A stretch of DNA of 42,287 nt. It comes from a virus (lineage: Duplodnaviria; Caudoviricetes). The translations under genes were made by a program, and so were the position numbers. The notes under the pieces are model-generated. The model searched no databases, had not been told where the DNA came from, and was given only the letters and a program-made list of their open reading frames with translations. The DNA is taken from positions 1-42,287 of the IMG/VR virus record IMGVR_UViG_3300025084_000071, one strand, 5' to 3'. This document shows, piece after piece, positions 35,426-42,287 of the stretch; position 1 is the first letter of the stretch, and every line of letters starts with the position of its first letter.

Positions 35426-36088
35426 CTACCAGCCTGCTCTGGTGTCTTTCTGTTCGGAAGCTCCATACTTCTTGTTGAGCTCTTCTGATGTTTGAAGGGT
35501 AAGACTCTTAAGTCCTTTATTGAAGTCGTTACCGAGTTTACCTTTGACGATCCCAACAAGGGCGTCGATTGCAGTTGTGTTGACTCCTTTTTCCAGAGCT
35601 TGCTCTCGAAACATCTCTTCATTTACCTCCTTGGTCACTGTTTTCGCTACATCAGGAGCAGACTCTGTCGATTGAGTATAGCCGTTCTCCATAGGCATTT
35701 TTGCCCATAGCTCATACGCAAGCCCAAAGTGCATTGCAGCCGCCATGCAGAAGCCTCTTCTTTGAGTATCCGTTATGTCGCGAGCTTGAATCTTGTCGCA
35801 AGGAATTGATTTGTTCCTATTGTCCATGACAGCTTGAGGCAATGCAGGAGTTAGCTGTTGTGTCTCCATGTTTAAGAAACGAATGAGCACATAGCCCCCG
35901 ATAGGAGCTTTGTGGAGAAGACCTCCCTCTGCATTTGGGACATAATCTACAAGCCACCCTGGAGCGTGCTCGCGCATAAGGTTCATGGTCCTAGACCAGT
36001 TGATATATGGAGCCTTGAACCTGTCAGTGCCAATTGTTTCGACAAGGTCTCTCGTTGCGACTCCTGCAAGATTTGGAAGCTCAGCCAT
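35426..36088 (-). CDS. Single-strand annealing protein (Sak3/DUF1071-like)
   Basis: YINWS...AVMDNRNK.I......RDI....RR...A.A.HFGL...LW; genomic context with RecE-like nuclease and SSB. Confidence 0.7.
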   Translation of the reverse strand: MAELPNLAGVATRDLVETIGTDRFKAPYINWSRTMNLMREHAPGWLVDYVPNAEGGLLHKAPIGGYVLIRFLNMETQQLTPALPQAVMDNRNKSIPCDKIQARDITDTQRRGFCMAAAMHFGLAYELWAKMPMENGYTQSTESAPDVAKTVTKEVNEEMFREQALEKGVNTTAIDALVGIVKGKLGNDFNKGLKSLTLQTSEELNKKYGASEQKDTRAGW

Positions 36089-36118
36089 CGTGATTCTGTG
36101 AGTCTTGGGTTGATCTTA

Positions 36119-36430
36119 TCAGGCTATCACACTTCTCGCTTCCTGTTCTTTTTGAGCCATCGCTAAAGCACGTTTTCGCCAGCGATGCTTCTGAGCCTTC
36201 TGGGCATTGTACTCCCTTATATTCTCTTCGCGGTACAAAGTCGCAAAAGCGTTCAAGTGCCAGCGTTGCCACATACCCGTGCCTGACAGTAACGACCACA
36301 GGTAGGGCTCTCTACTCCTGTCGTGCATGATCACTCGTCCGATGGCTCTTCCACCCTCTTCGTAGGGCACTTTCGCTTGAATTCTCCAGTCTTTTGGTCT
36401 CTTCATTGAAAAACCAATACCAGTATTCAT
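36119..36430 (-). CDS. Hypothetical protein (C-terminal part of ORF 36119..36670)
   Basis: A plausible start at MNTGIGF or MKRPKDW avoids overlap with the repeat array and the divergent gene. Confidence 0.5.
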   Translation of the reverse strand: MNTGIGFSMKRPKDWRIQAKVPYEEGGRAIGRVIMHDRSREPYLWSLLSGTGMWQRWHLNAFATLYREENIREYNAQKAQKHRWRKRALAMAQKEQEARSVIA

Positions 36431-36450
36431 TGTTCCGAAGGAACAACAAA

Positions 36451-36533
36451 AGTCTTTACATATAAGCGTGGTTCGCGAGTTTGTCCTTTTTCTAGTTCGC
36501 GAGTTTGTCCTTTTGGTTCGCGAATTTGTCCTT
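36451..36533. repeat. Iteron-like array B: three 19-24-bp direct repeats after an AT-rich leader, upstream of the initiator gene (candidate origin)
   Basis: RGTTCGCGARTTTGTCCTT x3 at 36470, 36494 and 36515. Confidence 0.85.
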
Positions 36534-36568
36534 CCTGTGATAGCCTGAATCGACCCCGAACCCCCAGA

Positions 36569-37465
36569 ATGCTGATCACCATGGAAGAGCCCCGATCCAG
36601 GTTCACCAAGGCTCCGAATGAATTGCTTTATTGCAGGCTGAGTCCGGCCCTGATTCTTACCTGGCTGCAACTTGCAAGCTTATGCAGAGATGGAGAGTCC
36701 AGACTTCTCACGCGACGACTGGCTGGTGCCGCAGAGGCTCTTGGCGTCGAATACAGCAAGCTTGCTAAGAACGTGCAAAGATTGAAAAGGTCCGGGGCAA
36801 TACGGCAAAATGGCCTAAGCCTGGAACTGGTCGTGCCAAGCAAGGAAGGAATAGATAAAGCAGAAAAACTATCGATAGCAGACGAGATCCAAGAAGAGCA
36901 AAAGCGCAAACCCAGTGGCCTTAGCCAAAAGGAATCGATGGCTCAAATAAAGGAAGCCTGGAATGAAAACAAACCAGAAGGTTATTTTAAAATTGATGGA
37001 ACTTTTCCGCTGCCCTTGTTTATAGCTATAGAAACTCAAGCCAAAAGGTTAAATATAGAAAGACCTGACTATCCAGATTTCGTTTCCGAAGTCCTGATGG
37101 CGGCAGGTGCTGATTCTTGGTGGTCTGCAAAAAACTTCAAAGCTAGTAACTTATTTGGCTGGTCGGCTGAATTAGATGATAAAAAGTTCAAAAATATTGA
37201 AAAACTTTACAAATCACCAAACAAACTCAAAAAACAACACAATTATCTTGATGAAATCTTTTGGATCAAGTGGTACGATGGATACAAAGATATCAGCAAA
37301 GTCGAATTCAAGCTTGCTGAGGATTACTGGGAGGCTCTCGATAGAGTAGAAGAAGAGCAAGATGATGCAACCGCGTATGTCTGGCATAAAGAAGGGACAG
37401 TAGTCCCTCACCACTGGACAGGTCGCAACGATCAAACCACCCGCAAGTTCCGCTATCTACCATGA
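36569..37465 (+). CDS. Putative replication initiator (N-terminal winged HTH)
   Basis: FTKAPNELL...LSP....W..L...AEALGV.......VQRLKRSGAI is O/DnaD-like; flanked by iterons and a coupled DnaB gene. Confidence 0.7.
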   Translation: MLITMEEPRSRFTKAPNELLYCRLSPALILTWLQLASLCRDGESRLLTRRLAGAAEALGVEYSKLAKNVQRLKRSGAIRQNGLSLELVVPSKEGIDKAEKLSIADEIQEEQKRKPSGLSQKESMAQIKEAWNENKPEGYFKIDGTFPLPLFIAIETQAKRLNIERPDYPDFVSEVLMAAGADSWWSAKNFKASNLFGWSAELDDKKFKNIEKLYKSPNKLKKQHNYLDEIFWIKWYDGYKDISKVEFKLAEDYWEALDRVEEEQDDATAYVWHKEGTVVPHHWTGRNDQTTRKFRYLP

Positions 37466-39150
37466 GCCTTCCTGTCTACGTTCAAAAAGCTGTTGACCTG
37501 GGCCTCCTGACTGTTGAGGGAGGAAAAGTAGTTGACTGTGCAAAAGATGAAGTCGAGACCATTCTTGGTACGGCGCGTATTATCGAAAAAGTTCAGCCGA
37601 CAACTACAGCTGAAATAGACAATACTACTGATCAAGAGGCAATAGTCCTTTGTCGTGTCCTAAACGCTCCGTCTGGTCTTGCAAGAGAACTGTGGTCGAC
37701 CTTGCGAGTCGCTTTCGGAGTATCTCACGACCAGGCCGTTCCCTTAACACTCTGGTCAACTCCTGAATTTAAAGCAATTGGCAATGAAATTGATCGAACC
37801 TATCTAGGCGAAAGAACGGTCAAACTCATTAGCAGAGAGGCTCTGATTAATGGACACGAATCACTAGAGCCAGGTACTAGGTTTGTTTCCATTATTGATT
37901 TTAATCAAGCCATTGGCTACCTGACAGCGCCTGAGGCAATGTCTGCTTACGGGAATGAAGAATCAGAGTGGGCTGTTGCGCTGGACTTACTTCGCCAGGC
38001 TCGGGTAAAAGCTATTTATCATGAGATGGTGCAAGCTATTTCTCAAGTACAGAAGGCTGATACCAAGCTAGAAAAGGCCATTGAGTTTCAACAAAGCCAG
38101 TTAATGGAATGCCTTGGCATGCTGCGTGGATCTGTAGGCCAACAAGGGAATGCAAAAACCTCAACAGACATCCTTTATGGAGTCAATGGAAAGCCAGGAA
38201 TGATTGACAAAATTTTGAACGCTAAAGAGCAAGTCAAGCCAGTCAGCACAAGCATTCACGCGATGGACCTAGATATGGAAGGAGGTGTTTACCCTCCTGG
38301 AGGAGATTTCTGCGGCGGTCGCTTATTTGCTCTAGCAGCTCGCACTGGTGTAGGTAAAACAATCCTAGGCGCTCAAGCAGCCGTAGGGCTCGCGGCAGGG
38401 GGCTTGAAAGTTGGATTTATCTCTGCTGAATTAGACGAGGACGAGATCTGGATTCGTATATGGTCTTGTGCTACTCGCAAATTCAACCCAAACACTTCCT
38501 GGGCTAGTGTTGGCGATATAAAGCAACCTGAGTCTCATAAGAAAGAAAAGATTGCTCAATATATTCAAAATGCTTGCGGACAATTGCAAGAGAAAGGGGG
38601 AGAGATCTTAGTGGAGGCCCCTTGGGGAGCAGACGTAGATGCAGTTATTAACAACCTTCGCTCAATGAAAGCAAAAAACCCAGAGATGCGAGCAGCTGTA
38701 GTCGACCATTTTCATTGCTTGGCTCGTCACCGCAACGCTCCTTCCGGAGAAGCTTCGATGCTAGAAGAAAGGGCTTACAGGTTGATGACAGCAGCTAAGG
38801 AGCTTGGTATTGATTTAATTGTATTGGCTCAAATGAATCGGGTGGGCATGAATGAAGAGCGCCTACAAGGTGGTAAGCGCCCAGCTCCTAGCATGGATCA
38901 AATTCGAGGGACAGACGCCCTTTCTCACGTCTCTCACGCTGTTTGGATCGTTCGCAAAAGGGCTGTTGGCGATGACGACGCAACGGCTAGTAGGGACTTA
39001 GAATTTTGGCACGCCAAGACTCGTGGTCGGCAGGCTGTATGGAAAGATGGCTCGATGAGAGGAGTTGCTAATTTTGTCGACTGCTCAAATCTTGTTATGG
39101 ACTATCCCTTTAGTTCAGTACAGCGCGATGATACCTATAGTAAAGTTTAA
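37462..39150 (+). CDS. dnaB: DnaB-family replicative helicase
   Basis: AARTGVGKT, FISAEL, VVDHFH, VLAQMNR, IRGTDAL, AKTRG. Confidence 0.93.
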   Translation: MSLPVYVQKAVDLGLLTVEGGKVVDCAKDEVETILGTARIIEKVQPTTTAEIDNTTDQEAIVLCRVLNAPSGLARELWSTLRVAFGVSHDQAVPLTLWSTPEFKAIGNEIDRTYLGERTVKLISREALINGHESLEPGTRFVSIIDFNQAIGYLTAPEAMSAYGNEESEWAVALDLLRQARVKAIYHEMVQAISQVQKADTKLEKAIEFQQSQLMECLGMLRGSVGQQGNAKTSTDILYGVNGKPGMIDKILNAKEQVKPVSTSIHAMDLDMEGGVYPPGGDFCGGRLFALAARTGVGKTILGAQAAVGLAAGGLKVGFISAELDEDEIWIRIWSCATRKFNPNTSWASVGDIKQPESHKKEKIAQYIQNACGQLQEKGGEILVEAPWGADVDAVINNLRSMKAKNPEMRAAVVDHFHCLARHRNAPSGEASMLEERAYRLMTAAKELGIDLIVLAQMNRVGMNEERLQGGKRPAPSMDQIRGTDALSHVSHAVWIVRKRAVGDDDATASRDLEFWHAKTRGRQAVWKDGSMRGVANFVDCSNLVMDYPFSSVQRDDTYSKV

Positions 39151-39166
39151 GGTAAACTGTAAATGA

Positions 39167-39625
39167 ATGAATAGATTCATGAGAAACTTATTTTTTGGTA
39201 TCGTTGCAAGGATAACTTATTCATTAATTAGAATCGTAGATGTCTTGTTTGGCTTGCCAGCTACTTTCCTCCAATTCCTTACCGACTCAACTCGAACCAC
39301 CATTGCAGTTGCCGGTGTTTCGCTTATGACGGCAATTGATCCAGCACAGTCAAAAGCGATGGAGTCAGAGGCAAGTACCCAGCCAGGAGAACTCGAAAGC
39401 CAAGGGATGGAACTAAAACTTCTTCAAGCTGCCTACAGAGTCAGAGACAATGCTGTAGAAATTGGAGACTGGACTGACGATCACACAGAGGCTATCGAGG
39501 CTATTGGAACCGCTCTCTTGCTAGAAATGGGATGGGAAGAGGAATTTGTCCATAGTCATCTCAAATCAGTCGTTGAGACCATCGATGGCCTGGAATACGA
39601 TATTATTGACAGCGAAGAAGAGTAA
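39167..39625 (+). CDS. Hypothetical protein with a hydrophobic N-terminus and acidic C-terminus
   Basis: 152-aa ORF after dnaB. Confidence 0.7.
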   Translation: MNRFMRNLFFGIVARITYSLIRIVDVLFGLPATFLQFLTDSTRTTIAVAGVSLMTAIDPAQSKAMESEASTQPGELESQGMELKLLQAAYRVRDNAVEIGDWTDDHTEAIEAIGTALLLEMGWEEEFVHSHLKSVVETIDGLEYDIIDSEEE

Positions 39626-39701
39626 GTATGGTACAATGAGCAAGGGTCAGATCAGGGTCCTGTGGGTAGGTTTAGCGGTCTTTAGCCGGATCGCTTTTTA
39701 T

Positions 39702-39965
39702 TTACACATCTCCGCGAGCAATCGCCTCTCTTAGTCCTTTTTGCCTGAGAAACACCCCTATACTACTTCCTCCCTCGAAAAATGGACGAACGTATAGTTT
39801 AACTTCTCCAGTAATTGGATCTACGTGTTGAGTAGGCGGAAGGGCTGCTCCGGTAGAAAAAAGAGCACCATTGATCCACATATAGCCAGGAAGCCAACTT
39901 AAGAATACCTGGCACTTATTGGGATCTAAATCCATTGATACATTTGAAATAGCGTAGTTTACCAA
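39702..39965 (-). CDS. Hypothetical protein
   Basis: 87-aa ORF downstream of the endolysin. Confidence 0.55.
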   Translation of the reverse strand: MVNYAISNVSMDLDPNKCQVFLSWLPGYMWINGALFSTGAALPPTQHVDPITGEVKLYVRPFFEGGSSIGVFLRQKGLREAIARGDV

Positions 39966-39974
39966 GACTTGTCG

Positions 39975-41132
39975 TCATTGCTTGAAAATCATTCCCCAAC
40001 CTGATCCGGGACCTTCGACTTCCCATCTTTTGCTTAAATTATTCTTACTATAGCGTTGGAATTTGCCATCGTTGGGACCAGCCAAAGGATAGCCGCCACT
40101 GATGAGCGAAAGCTCGCCAAATGGATCATGGACGTTAAAATGCGTGTCGTCATAGCCAATGGCGCAAATCCAATGGCCTCCTCCTGCTGGGTGATCCACT
40201 GTTCCCTTGTGCAAAATCCCGATAGGAACAGGAATTCCCATGTCCAGCTGATCCTCAAGGTCTCGCGTCGTTAAGTCAGTTTTGAAAACTACATTAAAAC
40301 CCAGGGATTCGGCTGCCGCTACCTGTGCTGAGGAAGATACACTGTCACCAAACTTGAAAACTTCATTTAAATACCAATCGTCATCTCCTTCGATGGCCTC
40401 CGGATCAAGAAAATCCATAGCCATTGCCATGCTGCTGGAGAAGCACATTCTTTCACCATGGCCGGTCTTGCTGTCTCTTTGGTAGAAGTACGGAACGTCA
40501 AGAGGAATCGACAGAAGGCCAGGCTTCCTCAGAGGCTCCTGTGATGACCTATAAGCGTCCTTAAACGACTTTAGGGCTGCAGGGTCAAGAGAACCTTCCA
40601 GGCTCCTCCAGGCGTCCTTCTGATGGGGTAGCTCTTTATAGTATTTTGCTGCTTCCTCAAGAAAGTAGTCGTATTTCACGTCAAGACCGGAACAGGCCAA
40701 CGTAGCTTCAGCTTGACGCCTTTTGATTAATCCAGCCATAGGGCCACTGCCCCCGTAAACCCACCTAGGAAGCTCTTCCTGAAATACTAGGCATTTATTC
40801 TCTCCAGCATTTAACCTGCGCCGCAAAGTAGAATCACTCAGTGATCCTGGCCCTACGTTGTAAGTAAAGCTAGCGAGAGCGTCAAACTCATTTTGATTCA
40901 GCTCAACTTCGATCAAATCAGCGACAGCATTCTCGAACTTCCTTAGGTCAGATTCTAGAAAAGCTTCAGCGATCTCAAGAGTAATGGATCCGATCCCTGG
41001 TTTTACCTCGGGACCGGTGTGACCATAGCCAATTGTATAAGGGTCTCCGCCAGTTCCTGGATCTGGGTAGACTTCTAAACTCAGCCCTTCATATTTTTTA
41101 ATAAGGGCAAGTCCGCGCTCAGAAGTGTGCAT
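39975..41132 (-). CDS. Endolysin: GH24 lysozyme fused to a C39-like peptidase
   Basis: LIKKYEG....YPD.....YTIGYGHT...FDAL.SF.YNVG...GL..RR..E, then VPYFYQRD...MCFSSS.AM...GHW....GYD.....HDPFG. Confidence 0.92.
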   Translation of the reverse strand: MHTSERGLALIKKYEGLSLEVYPDPGTGGDPYTIGYGHTGPEVKPGIGSITLEIAEAFLESDLRKFENAVADLIEVELNQNEFDALASFTYNVGPGSLSDSTLRRRLNAGENKCLVFQEELPRWVYGGSGPMAGLIKRRQAEATLACSGLDVKYDYFLEEAAKYYKELPHQKDAWRSLEGSLDPAALKSFKDAYRSSQEPLRKPGLLSIPLDVPYFYQRDSKTGHGERMCFSSSMAMAMDFLDPEAIEGDDDWYLNEVFKFGDSVSSSAQVAAAESLGFNVVFKTDLTTRDLEDQLDMGIPVPIGILHKGTVDHPAGGGHWICAIGYDDTHFNVHDPFGELSLISGGYPLAGPNDGKFQRYSKNNLSKRWEVEGPGSGWGMIFKQ

Positions 41133-41173
41133 TGCGATTTGCTAATATTAGGCTATAGTGCCTAACCCATTAA

Positions 41174-41485
41174 TCACCAAGGAACACCAGAGGCTTGAGT
41201 GGGAGCGGCTTGCTCGTCAAGCTGCTTCTGAAGTGCTGCTTCAATGTTAGAAACATTGTCTTCATTCTCTTCGTTGAGCTTTTCTTTGACCCAACCAACT
41301 ACTTCCTCTTCCGTTAGTTTAGCAAACGGCACAAGCTTCTCAGGACGTTCAAGTCCAATCGAACCATAAGCGCCCGCACTGTAAGTTTCATCAGTAGCGT
41401 TCACAGTGTAATGAGCAGTAAAGACAAAGCCGTCAGCTGTCTCACGGTCGAGTGAAGAAATATTCCAATTAATAGTAGTAGCCAT
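41174..41485 (-). CDS. Tail-fibre-associated small protein
   Basis: W.I..LDRE..DG.V..AHY...YGS.G....PF..LTEE.V.GWV...P..ASGVPW pattern, found next to fibre genes in marine phages. Confidence 0.7.
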   Translation of the reverse strand: MATTINWNISSLDRETADGFVFTAHYTVNATDETYSAGAYGSIGLERPEKLVPFAKLTEEEVVGWVKEKLNEENEDNVSNIEAALQKQLDEQAAPTQASGVPW

Positions 41486-41584
41486 GTTTCTTGTTTTAAA
41501 TAGTGACTGTGTGTCGTGGCTGACATGTCAAAAGATCATGGCAGCATCGGTTGCGCAAATAGTATGCCAATCACCTGATTACTC

Positions 41585-41608
41585 AAAAGCCCCGTTGTGA
41601 CACGGGGC
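41585..41608 (-). terminator. Intrinsic terminator after the tail fibre gene
   Basis: Minus strand GCCCCGT-GTCACA-ACGGGGC-TTTT. Confidence 0.75.
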
Positions 41609-41617
41609 GGGTTGCCG

Positions 41618-42286
41618 CTAGGCGATACCAGCATCAGATAGACGCTGTTCTAGGGTTTCAATCTTTGCAATTGCTTCTTGTAATGCTGCAGTAAGCAGAG
41701 GGACAAGTTTGGATTGGTCGATACCTTGCATGACAGCATTGCCATCATCATCAACTTCATCTTTAACGCCAGTGACGCACTCAGGGACGATGACCTGTGC
41801 TTCGTGTGCGATGAAGCCGTCAACTGTTGTTGTATCGTCAGCGATAAAGTTAAAACGCCTTGGTGATAATTGTTTAACGCGAGTAATACCGTCAGCAATA
41901 TCAACAACGTTTTCTTTTAACCGGTAATCAGAAGAAGTATTGAAAGCGGTAGAGGCAACACCAATAATAATATTACCAACCTCAGTTCCATCATTTCGTT
42001 GCATTGAAACCATTTTGCCCTGAAAACCAGACAAGCCACGGCCGTGCCGAAAAATCATGGCGGTGGTGTTGGTGCTACTGGTGTGATGGAACTTAGCAAC
42101 AGCCGTTCCGTGCTCTACATGTAAACCATGAGTTGGCGACGATGTACCTATCCCAACTCGGCCCGAGCTGTCGATTCGCATCCGCTCGCTGCCGTTGTTA
42201 TCAAAAACAAGAGCATTGTTATCTTCCCTTTGATAAATTCTGGCTGCTGGTGTTCCAGTTGTACTATTGCGTCGAAAATTTATTAC
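41618..42286 (-). CDS. Tail fibre protein, C-terminal part with an intramolecular chaperone (peptidase S74) domain
   Basis: Frame open to the window end; ERMRIDSSGRVGIGT repeat motif, SSDYRLKEN...GFIAHE.Q...PE.V.G...DQSKLVPLL..ALQE. Confidence 0.93.
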   Translation of the reverse strand, partial: VINFRRNSTTGTPAARIYQREDNNALVFDNNGSERMRIDSSGRVGIGTSSPTHGLHVEHGTAVAKFHHTSSTNTTAMIFRHGRGLSGFQGKMVSMQRNDGTEVGNIIIGVASTAFNTSSDYRLKENVVDIADGITRVKQLSPRRFNFIADDTTTVDGFIAHEAQVIVPECVTGVKDEVDDDGNAVMQGIDQSKLVPLLTAALQEAIAKIETLEQRLSDAGIA

Positions 42287-42287
42287 A

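Noticed and set aside
17246-36166. Numerous plus-strand ORFs opposite portal, nrdJ, phosphoesterase, primase, terL, thyX and sigma genes
   Set aside because: Antisense shadows with no recognisable domains.
36431-36670. N-terminal extension of ORF 36119..36670 and ORF 36427..36609 with repeated peptides (RTNSRT, GQTRE)
   Set aside because: The peptide repeats are translations of the DNA repeat array, and both overlap the divergent initiator gene. A relic of an O-like gene cannot be fully excluded.
1-42287. Integrase, repressor, reverse transcriptase (retron/DGR) or DNA polymerase
   Set aside because: No matching motifs recognised in this window; they could lie in the part of the genome not shown, so lifestyle is undetermined.

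Overview
A 42-kb segment of a tailed (siphovirus-type) cyanophage genome, most likely infecting marine picocyanobacteria. The host inference rests on an hli gene, a CpcS/CpeS-like lyase, a DUF4278-type peptide behind a glutamine-II-like riboswitch, and cyanobacterial LexA boxes. Layout: 1-9.7 kb is a minus-strand tail and head-tail module, including tape measure, tail tube and a frameshifted chaperone pair. 10-13 kb is a mostly non-coding control region with a short plus-strand cluster of probable early genes, a LexA-box array and an iteron-like array. 13-36.4 kb holds minus-strand auxiliary, nucleotide-metabolism (nrdJ, dcd, thyX, glutaredoxin), recombination (RecE-like, RusA, SSB, SSAP) and primase genes plus two sigma factors, with portal and terminase scattered among them. 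36.5-39.6 kb is a plus-strand initiator-like gene and DnaB helicase, preceded by a second copy of the iteron array. The window ends with an endolysin and a tail-fibre gene. No capsid gene, integrase, tRNA or CRISPR array was recognised. The most notable non-genic signals are the LexA/operator array, the two homologous iteron arrays 23.5 kb apart, a promoter-like 10-mer at near-fixed distance before many late genes, a covariant riboswitch and a candidate sRNA. All protein calls come from motif recognition by eye; no database search was run.
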